Shown here: positions 41,225 to 55,015 of the stretch, in pieces | How positions within the stretch are numbered: the first letter of the stretch is position 1 | Layout of the letters: each line of letters opens with the position of its first letter | Source: the human T2T-CHM13v2.0 reference genome, Homo sapiens | Direction: 5' to 3' (one strand) | DNA length: 64,000 nucleotides | Assembly (NCBI RefSeq): GCF_009914755.1 | Contig: NC_060942.1 | Notes under the pieces: model-generated | Databases searched by the model: none | The model's input: the letters and a program-made list of their open reading frames with translations, nothing else | What the model was told of the DNA's origin: nothing | Translations under genes and position numbers: made by a program

Positions 41225-41360
41225 TTTACTACATTTAATAGAAAAAGGAAGGTTATGCCCAGAAAATTTAATTATATTTTTTAGGGTCCCACAACTAGTG
41301 GGTAGTAGAGCTGTAACTAGATCAGAGATTTCCTGACTCAAAGTGCTAGAGTTTCCCCCT
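41225..41360 (-). mobile_element. MIR fragment
   Basis: AGGGTCCCACAACTAGTGGGTAGTAGAGCTG...TTCCTGACTCAAAGT. Confidence 0.5.
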
Positions 41361-43466
41361 ATAATTTACACAAGTGTCACATCAATCACTTTCATTTAGC
41401 TATTCCAGCGATCCATCTGATTGTTTTAGTCAACTCCCCATTATGCATGCTAGCTGGTAAGCACCAGATAGCTATATGGAAACCACTGCTAATCTAACAT
41501 TCCATTTTCTCTTTAGTTTCAATCTTCTACACAAACTGAGATTCAAGTAACACCAGTTCATTTATCTGAATTGATTTGCCAAAGACTTTAGGTTTTGACT
41601 GAAATGGAGAGGGAATTTGTTCATGAGTCCCTGGGGAGTAAGGCAGGGGAGGCAGCAAAGGGGAAGAAAAAAAGAGAAAGCAGAGACAGCAGCATGATCT
41701 CTGCCCTTAGTTCAATTACATGACCTGATGCCCAAGTGTAGTTAGTAAAGTTACTGATTTCACACGAGGAAACAGCAGTCCTATAGAGGTCAAGATAAGA
41801 AATGTTGATGAAGTGTGGTAGAGAGGGGTGATATCTTCATTCTGGAAAACAGCCTAGATGGAAAAGTATACAGTTTAGTGGCTTTGGAAGTGGCAGGAGA
41901 TCCTACCACCCCAGATATGGCACTGTCTTGGTTGGCCATGGGAGTGACGGCAAGGCTAAGGCCCCGTCAAATGTTCTTCAGACAGAAGACATGAGTCAGT
42001 GAAGCAGAATAAGAGAGACAGGAAGAACGTGGCAGATGACATACAGTGCAGTCACAGACTGAGAAGACCAGACCAGTGACATATCCTGGCGAGAACACAG
42101 ATGTAACTCAGGAGACACCTTCAGGGGGCTGGAGTTGGGGAGATTTTTGGCATACCTATTCTGATGACTTCTTTCTATCCACAGATTTGAAAAACTTGGT
42201 AAATTAGCATTGCACATTATAATTAATGTCTCAAAAGGGACTGAAGGGTCCTACCAGACTCCAGATGCACAGCTGCAGAAGTGGTCAGGTTTTTCTCTTC
42301 AGTGCACCCAATTTACCTTGGTCTTCACTGTAGCAAAGTTAACCATTACCTCCATATGCCTCCTGAAGATGTCAGCCTGATCCTCTGCTGGTGGGCAGCA
42401 ATGCCAGAACAATGGAGAATCCTGAAGTTCTAGAGTTCTTTTATCATCATGCCCCCAGCTTCAACCACTGTATTTGCCATCCTGGAACAAACCTTTCTTT
42501 TAAAATGAATTAAAGATTTGGAAAATAAAAAGACCGCAATCATAATATAGCATGATATAGCAAAAATATAGCAATTTGCTATATCATGATGTAGCAAAAT
42601 TGCTATAATCAACCTAAGTAACTGCCTAGGATCACTATTGAAAATTGCTGGTACATAGGATAGCTTTTAAAACAAAGTAGCATCTGAATCAACTTTGGGA
42701 AGCAGGTATGTGGGAATTATTATGAGCGCATTGCTGGACTATTATCTTTCCTCATGTTTACCATCCATTATCTGCCTTTGTTCTGGTTCATGCTAGTCTT
42801 TTTATAATCCTTTTTTAAAAATACAAAATCAATACAACTTTAATTACAAAAAGCCTGTGGTGCCTCTTGAAAAAGAGGACAAACAAAAAAGGACATTTTG
42901 AAAAGGGGCTAGTGATCTAAGAAGTGTGACCTCAGGCCATCCTATTTCTAAGGGGTGATGTTGTTGATCTGTTGGTCCCATTATAATGATTTACACATCC
43001 ATATCTGGCACCTTTTGTTCTCCAGCAGGCTTTGTGTATGGTAAATGGAGAATTGCATACCAAACAGGGGTTTGACATTTACAATGCTTTGTAGCATAAG
43101 ATAGAGTCACATCTGGGCAAACATTGTCCCTGGTGGTTAGCGGCTCATATCATCTGTGAGTAGTCTGGCTGCCAAAATGATGAGCACTCATTAGAAATGT
43201 CCCATTTACTCCCAGAGACAAATAAAAGCACAAAGTAATCTGAAACGAACATTCACAGAATATGTATATGTGTGTGTTCAATTTGTGTGCTGGCTTATTC
43301 CAGAGGCATACTGCAGCTTGTTTTTCCTTTGAATATTGTTTGTATCAATGGCCTGAATCAATGTGAGCATAACAATGTAGAAAATCTAATTCTTGATCCT
43401 GTGCCTTAGCCTGAGCTTAAGGCCATTATACAAAATAGCTAGATGAAACTCTTTGGCTGACACTTA

Positions 43467-43727
<261 letters not shown>

Positions 43728-44493
43728 TCACTACTTGATACAGCATCAGGTTTATAAAGACCCCTAGAGACATTATTTCTGAAAATGAGAAATAAGTAGG
43801 CTCTCCCTGAGCGACTGGATGTTATTGTTTACTTGTTTATCTGTGTTATTATCTATTGTAAATCAAGCGTCTGACCAATAATTCATCTTTGGGTCTGCGG
43901 TTAGAAAGATGACGCATAATAACCTATCTAGAGCATTGCAGAGAACCTCACAGCAAACACTTGTATGTATCAATCTCACCCTTGAATTCATCTTATTTTC
44001 TACTGTGACTTTCTGTCCTCCTAATTTTTCATTCTTTATGCATTTATTTTTCAGAATTGTGGGTATTTTTTTAGTCACTTTAAATCTTTTTTTAGAACAA
44101 GGTAGATATAAATACCTAAAACAAAGTAAAATAAAACGAAATGAGATGAAACTGGTTTCTGACCTCAGGGAGCCCATAAATTACTTCTAGAGACTGTGTA
44201 AATTTAGAGAAAGATAAAGATAGAAGGAGGGCTGTACTATGTGCCAATACATTTTAGACATTTAAAGCAATAGTACCTGAGAGGATGGGAGATTAACCTG
44301 GGTTGTAGAACTCAGGTGAAATTGATGTTGGGATGGAATTCTATTCTAAATACTGAATCTCTAGTCAGTTTTATGATACTGAGTGGGACACAAACATCTA
44401 GGCATGAAACCACATATGATATAAATAAGTAAGGGAATATGCACCTAGATAGGCAGATTAGGGAAGTTAAAGGTCTTAAAAATCAAAAATTTC

Positions 44494-44793
<300 letters not shown>

Positions 44794-44822
44794 ATTCAAA
44801 ATTTATTTTGTCATTCTCATGG

Positions 44823-45206
44823 TGCTATGGTTTGAGTGCTTCTTCCCCTCCAAAATAATGTTGAACGTTAATCCCTAATGCAACAGACTTGGAAGGTGTC
44901 GCTTTTGGGAAGTGATGAGTCATGAGAGCTCTTTCCTTATGAATGGGATTAGATGCCATTCTAAATGGGATTGCTAGAGGGACTTTGTCTTTTTTCTCCT
45001 ACTTTCTGCATTTCTCCCCTTTAGAGGAGACAGTGTTAAGGTGCCATCTTGGAAAGAGAGACCAAACCCTCACTAGACAACCAAACGCACTGGCAACTTG
45101 ATTTTGGGCTTCGCAGCCTATAGAGCTGTGTGAAATAAATTTATGTTCTTTGTAAATTACCCAATCTGTGGTATTTTGTCATAGCAACACAAAACAGACT
45201 AAGACA
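44823..45206 (+). mobile_element. MaLR solo LTR (MST/MLT1A group)
   Basis: TGCTATGGTTTGAGTG...AAATTACCCAATCTGTGGTATTTTGTCATAGCAACACAAAACAGACTAAGACA; TSD CATGG (44818-22, 45207-11). Confidence 0.9.
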
Positions 45207-45974
45207 CATGGCCTTCAATCAGATCTTCTTTGGCTTATTTTAGACACAATTTCAGCACATTTGTTTTTGTTTTCTCAGTTCACAATAGATTAGAAGTAAT
45301 AAAAACTCTGACAACAGGAAATGACAACCAAATCAGAGTAGGGAAGAGAAAGCGTAAAAACACAGACAGAACTCCTGAGTATGGATAGCAAATTAAAGTT
45401 CTCCCTGTGAGCCTAATGCTCCTGACAACTCAGCAACCAGAAAGCAGCAACACTCTCAAGTGTCAATACACAATCTTGCAATAAATGGGTTTACATGCTA
45501 TTAAATCTATTTAGGTTAAGAAATAGGCCATATATAGTATATTGAAGAACATAGATAAAATAATTAGTAAATTGCTCTAAGCAAATGACCAATACCCCTA
45601 ATTCTGATTCCACAAGTACTTCTGCAAAACAATGTTCAAGCATCACCAATATGGAGATGCCCTCCTTAATGTTATTATCATTATTACAAAAATTTTTCCA
45701 ATGCCACTGTTCCACAGTTTGTACCCCCAGTGTCCCATGGTAACATCATTAAAATGGTAGTTTTGGCTTCTGGCTTTTCCAATTTTATAATCCTGCATTC
45801 ATTGTCTCAATTCTCAACTGATGGGCACCAAACCAGAACTAGAATTTAAGACATCAACTCACCTCATTCTTCCAGTACCGACTCATTATTTTTTAATCAA
45901 GCCTTCTTTTCTAAGAAAAGTTTATTTTCTTTATACTGTTAGTCTCCAGTTGTCCATACTGAGTACACTTCTAC

Positions 45975-46320
45975 AGATAAACAAAGGTATAAGAATTGGC
46001 CATTGGATTTAACAACTTGGTGGTGACCTTGACAAAAACAGTTTTGGGTGTAATGGGGATGACTATAGGCTCAGAATAGCATGAAAGAGTATGTGTATAA
46101 AAGACACAAACACATAAATATACACAATGTTTTGAAATGTTTTGCCACAAAGGGAGAAGAGAAATGAGACAGTAGCTGGATTGAAATGTGGGTTAATGGA
46201 AGATTGCTTCTTGTTACTGTTGTTTGTTTGTTTCCTTTTAAGATTATAACATGTCTTGAGACTGATGGAAATGATCCAGTAGCAAGAAGTAAATTGGCGG
46301 TATAGGAATGAAGCCTTTGA
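45975..46320 (-). mobile_element. L2 fragment
   Basis: GAATTGGCCATTGGATTTAACAACTTGGTGGTGACCTTGACAAAAACAGTTTTG. Confidence 0.6.
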
Positions 46321-46859
46321 ATAAGTAAAAACGATCAAATGACAAGGGGAAGAGCAAAAGACAAAGCTATAGAAACATGCGGGCAAGGACAAACCAGGTT
46401 AAACGTCTACACATCAAAGTGGCATCCTGTGCAAAGTTCTCCTCTCATCTTCACAGGGGCTCTTATCTTTACAGGGGCTCTCACCTATATGGGAGACTCA
46501 AGTGATCACAAAACAGGAGCAGGGATGATAATCGGACCCTACACATCTTGGGATTCCAGTTGACACAACTTTATCAGCTTAATTTTATTGGTACCAAAGT
46601 CTATTTTCAAAGTCTATTTCTGAGAAAGAGAGAAAAAAAAGAGTTTGAAGAAATACAGCAAGTTAGAATGTTAGAATGAGAAGGCAAAGGAGATTAATGG
46701 GCTCGTTTTCTCCTGTTTTGTAAATACAGTTTGAAATCCTACCAAAACAACTGTGAATGAAAATAAACCAGAGCACTGGAAATTCACACTGGCAATTCAG
46801 TTGTCAGTTCAAGAAGAGTCCTCTGGCATTAACAGTAAGAGTCACAGCACTAACACACA

Positions 46860-46975
46860 GAAAGAAAAAAAGAGAGAAAAAAGAGAGGAAAGGGAGAGAA
46901 GAGGGGAGAATAAGATAGGAAGAAAAATATAGGAAGGGAAAACTAGACAGAAAGAAATAGGGAGAGAGAAGAACA
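46860..46975. repeat. GA-rich low-complexity tract
   Basis: Directly visible. Confidence 0.8.
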
Positions 46976-47466
46976 AGTATAAATATTCAAGAGGGAAAAT
47001 AAAGAGATTTTCAGCTGTAAATCGTTATCATTCCTTTGTCCACACAAATGCCAGTCAGAGTAGTAGTATGTTTTTAGATTAAAATCCGGTAGCATCCCAG
47101 CCTCACTAGATAGTGCAATGCTTTGGTCTGGTGTCCTGCTCCCCAGACATAATCACTACACAAAATAAAGACAAATGAAAAATGTTGGTAATTTTTAATG
47201 GAGGTTGCCTTGGAGTTTGGCTCAGAGACAATGGCCTGTGGTTGTATTTGATTATAACTCATCTCCATGGGGGCAGAAATAGCTGTCGTAAATGTCTGAG
47301 AAATTATGAGCTTCTTTAGCAAGATGACTCTGTGATTATAATGACACTTGGCATTTGCACATTTTATAGCCTTTCTCATCTGAAAATCATGGAGCTGTGT
47401 TTATATTATAACCAGATTCTTGTGTGTTGCTTTAGGGTATATATCAATGAGCTTAGTGAGTGTTCC

Positions 47467-47479
47467 TCTTCTTTCTTCT

Positions 47480-47520
<41 letters not shown>
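47467..47520. repeat. (TTC)n followed by a ~39-nt poly(T)
   Basis: Directly visible. Confidence 0.9.
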
Positions 47521-47521
<1 letters not shown>

Positions 47522-48439
47522 TAGGGGGAGAGCAGGAAGTGATCTGGAATATTGCCATCAGGATTGAGAAAGGCAGCCTTTCAGAATTTGATGAAATGTG
47601 TGAGATCAAAACTCACAAGGCAGTCTTAAGTAATAGGGTAGGTAGTGGCTATGTGTTAATTCTCCAGGAGAACACAGACTATCACTTGAAAGTTAGCCTA
47701 AATGTAACCGAAGAGTCCAAAAATTTTCCCATTCTCTGAAAATAGATTAATCTCTACTTCTAAGCAATATTCAATATGGCATGACTTAAAAAACAGGGAG
47801 AGGCTCTCTATTTGGAAAATATCCTCTCCCTAATTGCTAGAGATGCACACTTTAGCCACTAAGTCAAGATAAAGTCCCTAAAGGCCCTATTCATGTGTGT
47901 TGGTAATTTAAACTATCACCATCCATTAAGACGGCATGACTTAGTCTACGGAATTAGCTCTAACCACTTCATAAGAAATTGAGAAGATAGAGGGCACTGA
48001 ACAGATTTCAAATTTCTTTTTTTGTGGGGTGCTAGGGAGAGGAATGCCCACAACATGTCTGGGTGAGTGTGGAAGCCAAAAGAAACTATGCAGGGTCTCA
48101 ACACCAGAAGAAGAGGTGATGTAAACAGAAAGTAGAAGGATGCTATAAACCGGCTCTGATCACGTGCTACTAAGTCAGGTGACCCCCCATGTGATATTGA
48201 ATAGTTTGGTGGCATTTCTCTGTACATTTTTTACTGAGAATAAAACAAACAAAGAGAAAAATTAAGCACTGTGTGTGGCATAAAGCAGCATTGGAAATAT
48301 CAGTGTCTCCCTTTATCTAGACCTTTGTCTCCCCCTACTCCCAACCATTAACGGAATTTTGGCCACTTTTACCAGTTGGTGTCAGAACCCTTTCAGCTCT
48401 TTGGTCTCCATGGCTGTGTGGGTTTCTGACCCCAGAACC

Positions 48440-48677
48440 TAGGGCTGCCAGGTAACTTACAGAACACCAAGCTAAATTTCAATTTCAGATAAACAAAGCA
48501 TATATATATATATATATGCTTATGTGTGTAGATATACATATATATGTGTGTATGTATAGTATACATGTGCTTCATGTAATATTTGGGACATACTTATATG
48601 TAAATTATTTGCTTTTTGTATGAAACTCAAATGTAACTGATGGCTTATATTTTTAGTTGCTAAATCTGACAATTCTA
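48440..48677. mobile_element. MER53 palindromic MITE with internal (TA)/(TG) expansion
   Basis: TAGGGCTGCCAG...AAATTTCAATTTCAGATAAACAA...GGGACATACTTATA...AAATCTGACAATTCTA. Confidence 0.75.
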
Positions 48678-50234
48678 CCAAAGCTACATCTCAGTAGAAT
48701 AAATCAGACAGAACTGGTCTGTGTACAGGTAAAAAATTCACCATTGGGCTGTATTTTGAATTGTGCTCAGCTGATGATCTCTGATCTTTTCTATGCCAGA
48801 CTCAATAATCATAGCTGCCTCCTGTTCCTACCTTCCACTATCCCAGAGCAGCCCATCCTGCTGGTGCAGAGACCTTTGGCCTCTCCATCAGGGATGCAGC
48901 CAATTCTTCATTCTGGGTTGACTGAACTGGCCCTGTGCAGTTGCCAACTAAACAGGGCAAAGAATACAAATGAGTGGAAAAGAAAAGGCTAGGAGCTTCT
49001 AGAAATCTCAATTTGTTTCATCAGATATTTGAAGACAATTAATCCCCTTAACTCAGAGCGTTGTTAGAATGGCAAAGCTCTTTGCAAATTCTAATGAGAA
49101 ACAAAATAAGATTCCGTGACTGTTACCCTGATATAAAATAAATATTGACAAATTATGTAGTGGAGAAGGAAGCTGAAAGAAAACTTTGATATGTGGTCAC
49201 TCACTTACTGTAGTTTAGCCCCTAAACCCTAAAAACCCTGAAAGCTATTTTTTTCTTCCTAGTCATTCAGCCTTCATCTCCCCTTGAGAATGACCCAGGT
49301 TACCTTGTTTCAGGGTAAAGCTGGGTTTTGGCAATCAGTAAATGTCTTTGCTATTCAAAATTGCTGTAGCAGCTGCATTTCAGGCACCTGCTCAGTGAGC
49401 AGGTTCCCGGTCAAGTTCAAAAAAGGAGCCATACCTTCATTTGCGGGATGCTGTGTTGAAGTCAGACTTCAGAGACATGGCTTTGTGCAGCCTCCTGGGA
49501 TTTAGCTGGGCTTGAATCGCCTGTGACCTCTGTGCCCTTACAACATCACAGAAAACACCATCATGGTGCTCACTAATTGGTCACCTTGATGTCAGTCACA
49601 GCACGGAGATCAAGGACAGAGCCGGTCCCGGAAAGTGAACTACACACACTCTCGGAGGTGGTCTCTACAGGTCAGGCTAGCATCCTGCTGAGAGCACAGT
49701 GCCAGGGAACCTTACCCCAGGACTACTTAAAACATGGCTGTGCTGCTCATGAACAAAGGACAGGTGGCCCCATGAGTGACCCCTTCCTGACCACCCACAA
49801 AGTCCAAATTGTCAGCCTTTCACACCTATTATGCTTCCATTATCTGAGGAAAACACTAAGTGCTATGCTCTGAATCTAACACACAAAGCAGGCTCTTGAA
49901 ATTAGTTTCTGCTTATTGGTTTTAAAAATTATTAAGATTATTTTATTTTTAAGGCAGCAAATCCATCATGAATTGTTGGAGTGTTACATGCAGAGTGCAT
50001 TTGAGAAGCTCACTTTAACAGTAATACAATTTTGTTAGAATTCAAGTGCCATGTGCTTTTGTGAATAACATATAGTCGTAGGAAGAATGGGAAGAAATGT
50101 AAGGCACAAATCTTTCTATTATTTCCCTTGTATTGAAAAAAAATGTGTGGGTTACTATTCTCACCCTTTGAAACCAAGCATTTCAGATGGTAGGAATCTC
50201 TTGAATTAAGTAGAAATTCTAGAATTCTAATCAA

Positions 50235-50337
50235 GAAAAAAAAAAAGGAAGTGAAAAGAAAGAAGGAAAAAAAGAAGAGAATGAGGGAAACAGCTAGGGA
50301 GGAAGGAAAGAAGAAAAGAAACAAGAGAAAGAAAGAA
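50235..50337. repeat. A/G-rich low-complexity tract
   Basis: Directly visible. Confidence 0.8.
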
Positions 50338-52323
50338 CCACTGCAGAAAGTATGGTTTGTTAAAAGTACTTTATTCTGTAGTTCAATTTATCAAATAAAA
50401 TATTCATTTCAATAATATGAGATCTTTCCTTAAGCGTACGGATCATACTGATAATCTTCTGTTCCCAATGCCAGGTCTAGGAGCCACCAGAAAGATGTAC
50501 TTGTCTGTCTTCAACAGGGGATCATATGCTGCTGCAGGAGTTGAGGACAAATATTAGAATAGAGGAGACGCCTTGGTCAATTAATTATCTAGACATCCAT
50601 AATCATCATGAGAACCTACCTAGAACTTCTGAGGATAGAATCCATTGAAAACAGCAAGGACCAAAGTCTTGGATGCTTGGTCACATAAATGAGGAAGTGT
50701 GAGTTCCTTACACAGACAGGAGATGAGTCCACAGTTTTGCCTTAAATCTGTCTTTTAAGGCGAAAGCAGTTTAACGTCTTCTCAGTAACTTAATCAAGGC
50801 AAAACCTTTTGTGACTTGACAAGGTATAGGATGATTCCCCTTCAGGAGGTTTCATGTGCTAGGAGTAGATGAGAACCAGATCAAGGAGTGGGGCAGCCAC
50901 TCAGTGAACAGGTCTAGCTGGAGTCAGTAGAAGACCTAGCCTGTCAGATAGCACTGGAAGAGCTGAGCAATTGATCCCCAGCAGGAATTGTGGCACAGTG
51001 TGTACGTATTACTGATTCATGAGATAACAGTGACATTTCAAGGAAGATTCTCCTCTATGGCAAACTTAAAGAAAACAGGATCAGGCATCAGACTATGGAG
51101 CTCAGTAAAGCAAAATAAATAAAAATAACGTGTAACGTAAGAACTAGGGGAAATAATTGAGTCAGTTATCGGCTTTCTAAAGGACCAGACTAAATTGAAG
51201 CCTTAACTTTTAACTTCTGCTTTCTTCATCTTCTCCTTACAGTGGCCAATTATCAAAGCTCAGGGAGTCATCCTAACAAAATTAATAAGACTGGGGCAGA
51301 AATGGCAACCCAGTAGTTTGTCTCTGCCTTTGCCAACTCAGGACTGAGGCAATGAGTCAGGGACAGTTTACATTAATCTGCATACTAGTTAATAAAAACT
51401 GGGCTGGAAGCAAGAGGACCAGGGGACAAGCTAGAAGATTCCCTCTCCAGATCTGGGATATGAAACAAACTGTGATGATTCTAGTTAGCCAAGCTGGTTT
51501 GTTTAGCTTGTTTAACTAGCTTTTTAAGTACCTTTCTATCTAGCATTCTGTCATAGCATATTTAAGAAGAAGCCTGGGAGAGGGGAATAAAGAGACACTT
51601 AATAAACTGTTTTGTAGTATGAAAAGGGACCTGGAGTTTCAGCCTTAATAAAAGCTTAGGTAACTTCTTAGTATTGTGGGAATGAAATAAAGGGGCCTGA
51701 GGGCTAAGTCCTTGTTTCTCATGCAAGAGGACTATTGAGGGTTCATCTTCTCAAATGTGAACTCCGCTGGGTAATCAGTCATCCCCATGGTAACCCAGCA
51801 ACTTTTAATTGTCTTTAATTAAGGGGCCACAGAGGCAATCAGCTACATTTCTAGCACATTAATAAGGGAAGCATGAAGTGCAAAATGGCTGCCAGAGGTA
51901 GATGATGCTCGCATAAACCAGGAGTCCTGGAGGAATTTCTAAGGGGAAATGTGATAGATGGTGCAACCTTGAATTTCCTCCTCAGATTCAGGAGGCGAAA
52001 AATTAGGAATATTCAATAATATCCGAGGGAAAAAAATATGAGAAATAAGTAAAAGAGCAAATAGGATCATCTTAGCTAAATTAATAAAACACATGGGATG
52101 TAATGTGCATCTGGAATTTTTAAAAGATTTAAAGACCAAGAAAGAAGACAAAGTGAGCAAGTTAAATTAAGCTGAGGAGGAAGACCTGTGACTTCACCAA
52201 AAGCCTGATATTAAACTGCAAAGCAAAATAAAAAATTGTGACTCTAATTCATCTTAAAACTTGCCTGTTTCACTTAGCTTTCCCTGGCCATTACAGTTCA
52301 TATTAATCATTTTTAAAATGTAC

Positions 52324-53378
52324 TATTAAGAAAGAAAAATAAAATTCTAAGCCCCCAAACCCACTGAACAGACCCTCTTTTGGCCAGAGAGACCCCAGAG
52401 AAACCTTGAAAACCAAGTTTCTGACTATGAAGGGATAACAGGTCAGACATGCCTCCCTTCTCCCCCACTTTTTGTTTGTTTGTTTGTTTGTTTGTTTTGA
52501 TTCAGGATCTTGCTCTGTCGCCCATACTGGAGTGGTGCATTCATGGATCACTGTAGCCTCCATTTCCTGGGCTCAAGCAATCCTCCCACCTCAGTTTCCT
52601 GAGTAGCTGGAACTATAGGCATGCACCATCCCACCTGGCCAATTTTTTATTGTTAGTACGGACAAAGTCTCACCATTTTGCCCAGGCTGATTTTGAACTC
52701 CTGGGCTCAAGTAATCCTCCCGCCTTGGACTCCCAAATTGCTGGGATTACAGGAGTGAGCCACCACCCCAGGCCAGATGCACCCTATTATACCTCCTCCC
52801 TCCCTAATTGCCTTTAGGCTTTTTTCCCTAAGGGCTAAGCAGAAACCAACCCTTTGGAAAGACTGGCTCCACTGCTGGTATTATTCAACCTCCTGAGGCT
52901 GCCCTCCCCTTTTTGCAGTTTTGACACAACTGACCAACATTCCTTCCTGGTAAGAGACCATCTGCCACAGGGTGGTTCTGGCCAGTCTATGGCAGATGTG
53001 TAGTGAGGGTTTTCATGTCCTGTGCTTCACCTTTTGACATCAGAGGGCTGAAAACTCCACCCTGGGTTCGAGGTTACACAGCCATTTTTTGTACATGGGA
53101 CCCAGGAGGGCATGAAGCTCAATTGCACATGTGCACATTTCTCCTTTTATAAATATTCATGACTCCTCCTATAGTTTATTGAATATGTATAATCAGCCAC
53201 CCTGCTTAGCATAAATTCCTGTTCCCCTTACCTCTCACTTGAAGTTTCTGTTTCTGATTTCTGACTGGAGGCTATGCTTCCCAGCCTGTCAAAATGGCCA
53301 CCTTGCAGGCTGCAACCATTTATGAGAAATAAAGCTCTCCTTTCCAAATATCTGAACCTCACCATTCTTCAGTTGACA
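52324..53378 (+). mobile_element. ERV1 MER4-group solo LTR (MER50-like) interrupted by an Alu
   Basis: AAAATAAAATTCTAAGCCCCCAA...GACCCCAGAGAAACCTT; AATAAA at ~53328; ends CTTCAGTTGACA; family name from memory. Confidence 0.75.
52469..52774 (-). mobile_element. AluJ
   Basis: CTCCTGGGCTCAAG-type signature in both arms (J diagnostic); (TTTG)n tail; heavily CpG-decayed. Confidence 0.92.
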
Positions 53379-54444
53379 GAAGTCAGAATTTACTGACTTC
53401 ACTTTTTTTCCCTCTAATTATAAATGATCATATATTCAGGGGGGATAGTGGCAGACTAGTTGAGACAATTTAAGAAGTGGCTTTATATATTTTTCCATGC
53501 TTGGTTACCTCCACGTCCCTGTGATTCATTACACAGTAAATGCTTGATACCTGCTTTTATAGTTAAACCAGGCACTAAAGTGCAGCTTAGGTTCTGCTGC
53601 CCAAAGTAGCAAAGCTGAGCCTAGAACCAAATTCATTGCTCCTTCATGTTGACATGTGGAAAGAGAGAGGCCAGCTGCATGCTCTCAGCCCTTCTGAACC
53701 TGCTATAAGTACTCAACAAATATTTTGGCCTGATTCAGAAAGAGAAAATTCAAATTAAAGACTACAGTTTTGAAATGGAGGCCAAAAAAAAAAAAGAAAA
53801 AAAATATTTTTACTAAGTTTGTAAAAATATAAATATGTATAAATATGTATTTTAGGCTTACTTCTTTACACTCACAGTCTTATTAAACAATCTTAAATCA
53901 TATTGTTTACAATTATATCCAATTCTTTGCTAGGATTCTGTGAGAAAAATTAGTAAGAAAAGACTTTCAGGAATAAGGGTCTGAATGAGTAATTGTCAGG
54001 GGATGGACTGCTCTAATTCTATACAAAGGGATTGTTCCCAGCCTTGTTTTCACACTCCTTCTCACCAGTGATAAGGCTTGCTTGCATTAGGAGCTGATGC
54101 CTAATACAGTTCATTGCTTTTATTTATACTAATCAAGCAATTCACATAAATCTTAAATCAGCTACCGGGGCAAATTTAGGTTCTTTAACGCAAAGTAAGA
54201 TGTAAGACAGGCCTTGTGTTCAGGGAGTTTACAGATTAGTTGGGCGGTAAAGCCCACACTGAAAAGAACACTAAGAAAGTGGAGAAGCCTATGGAACGGA
54301 TTTTACAGTTTGTGGTGTTAGATGTAGCTGGCACTGATGAAGCCAATTGGCAATTTTTATGTGCTGACTTTTCAAGCATTATCTCATTTTATCTTTATAA
54401 TAATCCAGGGATGTAGATATTGTTATCATTCATGTGGTATTAGA

Positions 54445-55015
54445 TAAACATCACGTTCACTTTCTGCTCAAAACTCTCCAAGAGTTTCTTTTCTTTTGCT
54501 CAGTAATAGCAGAGTTCTTACACGGCTGCAAAGCCCATTGGGTAGGATTCGACCTTCCTCTTCCATGCTCTGCCTGAGCCCCCACCTCTCAGTCCTCATC
54601 TCCTACCACTCTTCCCTTCCCTCACTGCACACTGGACACATTTTTCTCCTCAGTGTCCCCATGGTGGGCTTTGATGCTTCCAGGACTCACCCACATTCCG
54701 GTGCTTCAAGTCCTTCAGTTCTCTACTTTAATCTTATCAGGATTCTTCAGTTCTCTACTTTAATCTTATCAGGAAGGCTTTTGGTAATTTCCCTAAATGA
54801 AATTGCAGGCCTTACCCTGACAGCCAATCCTCTCATCTAACTTTTCTTTTCTCCATAAACTTCCCATGTTGGAATATGTTTATGTGTTAATTCATTTGTT
54901 AACTCTCTTCCCTGACTAGCAGGTCCCATGTTTTGTTCATGGATGTATTCCCAGTACCTAGAGTAGAACCTAGCACAAAATAAGGCTTAATACATATTTG
55001 AAGAATAATATGAAT
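54445..55015 (+). mobile_element. L2 3' region
   Basis: CTGCTCAAAACTCTCCA...GTATTCCCAGTACCTAGAGTAGAACCTAGCACAAAATAAGGCTTAATACATATTTGAAGAAT. Confidence 0.7.
54713..54774. repeat. Perfect tandem duplication of 30 bp (period 32)
   Basis: CTTCAGTTCTCTACTTTAATCTTATCAGGA at 54713-42 and 54745-74. Confidence 0.95.

Noticed and set aside
47332-47739. 135-aa ORF with a poly-Phe run (and a poly-Lys ORF antisense)
   Set aside because: Produced by the poly(T) tract; non-ATG start; no recognisable domain
48440-48677. Possible long hairpin or miRNA precursor
   Set aside because: Explained by MER53 self-complementarity; the arms are degraded and disrupted by a TA/TG expansion
49219-49240. CCCTAAA-like telomeric motif
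   Set aside because: Only about two imperfect copies; expected by chance
51481-51519. Imperfect hairpin CTAGTTA..CAAGCT...AGCTTG..TAACTAG
   Set aside because: Short interrupted arms; compatible with chance in AT-rich DNA
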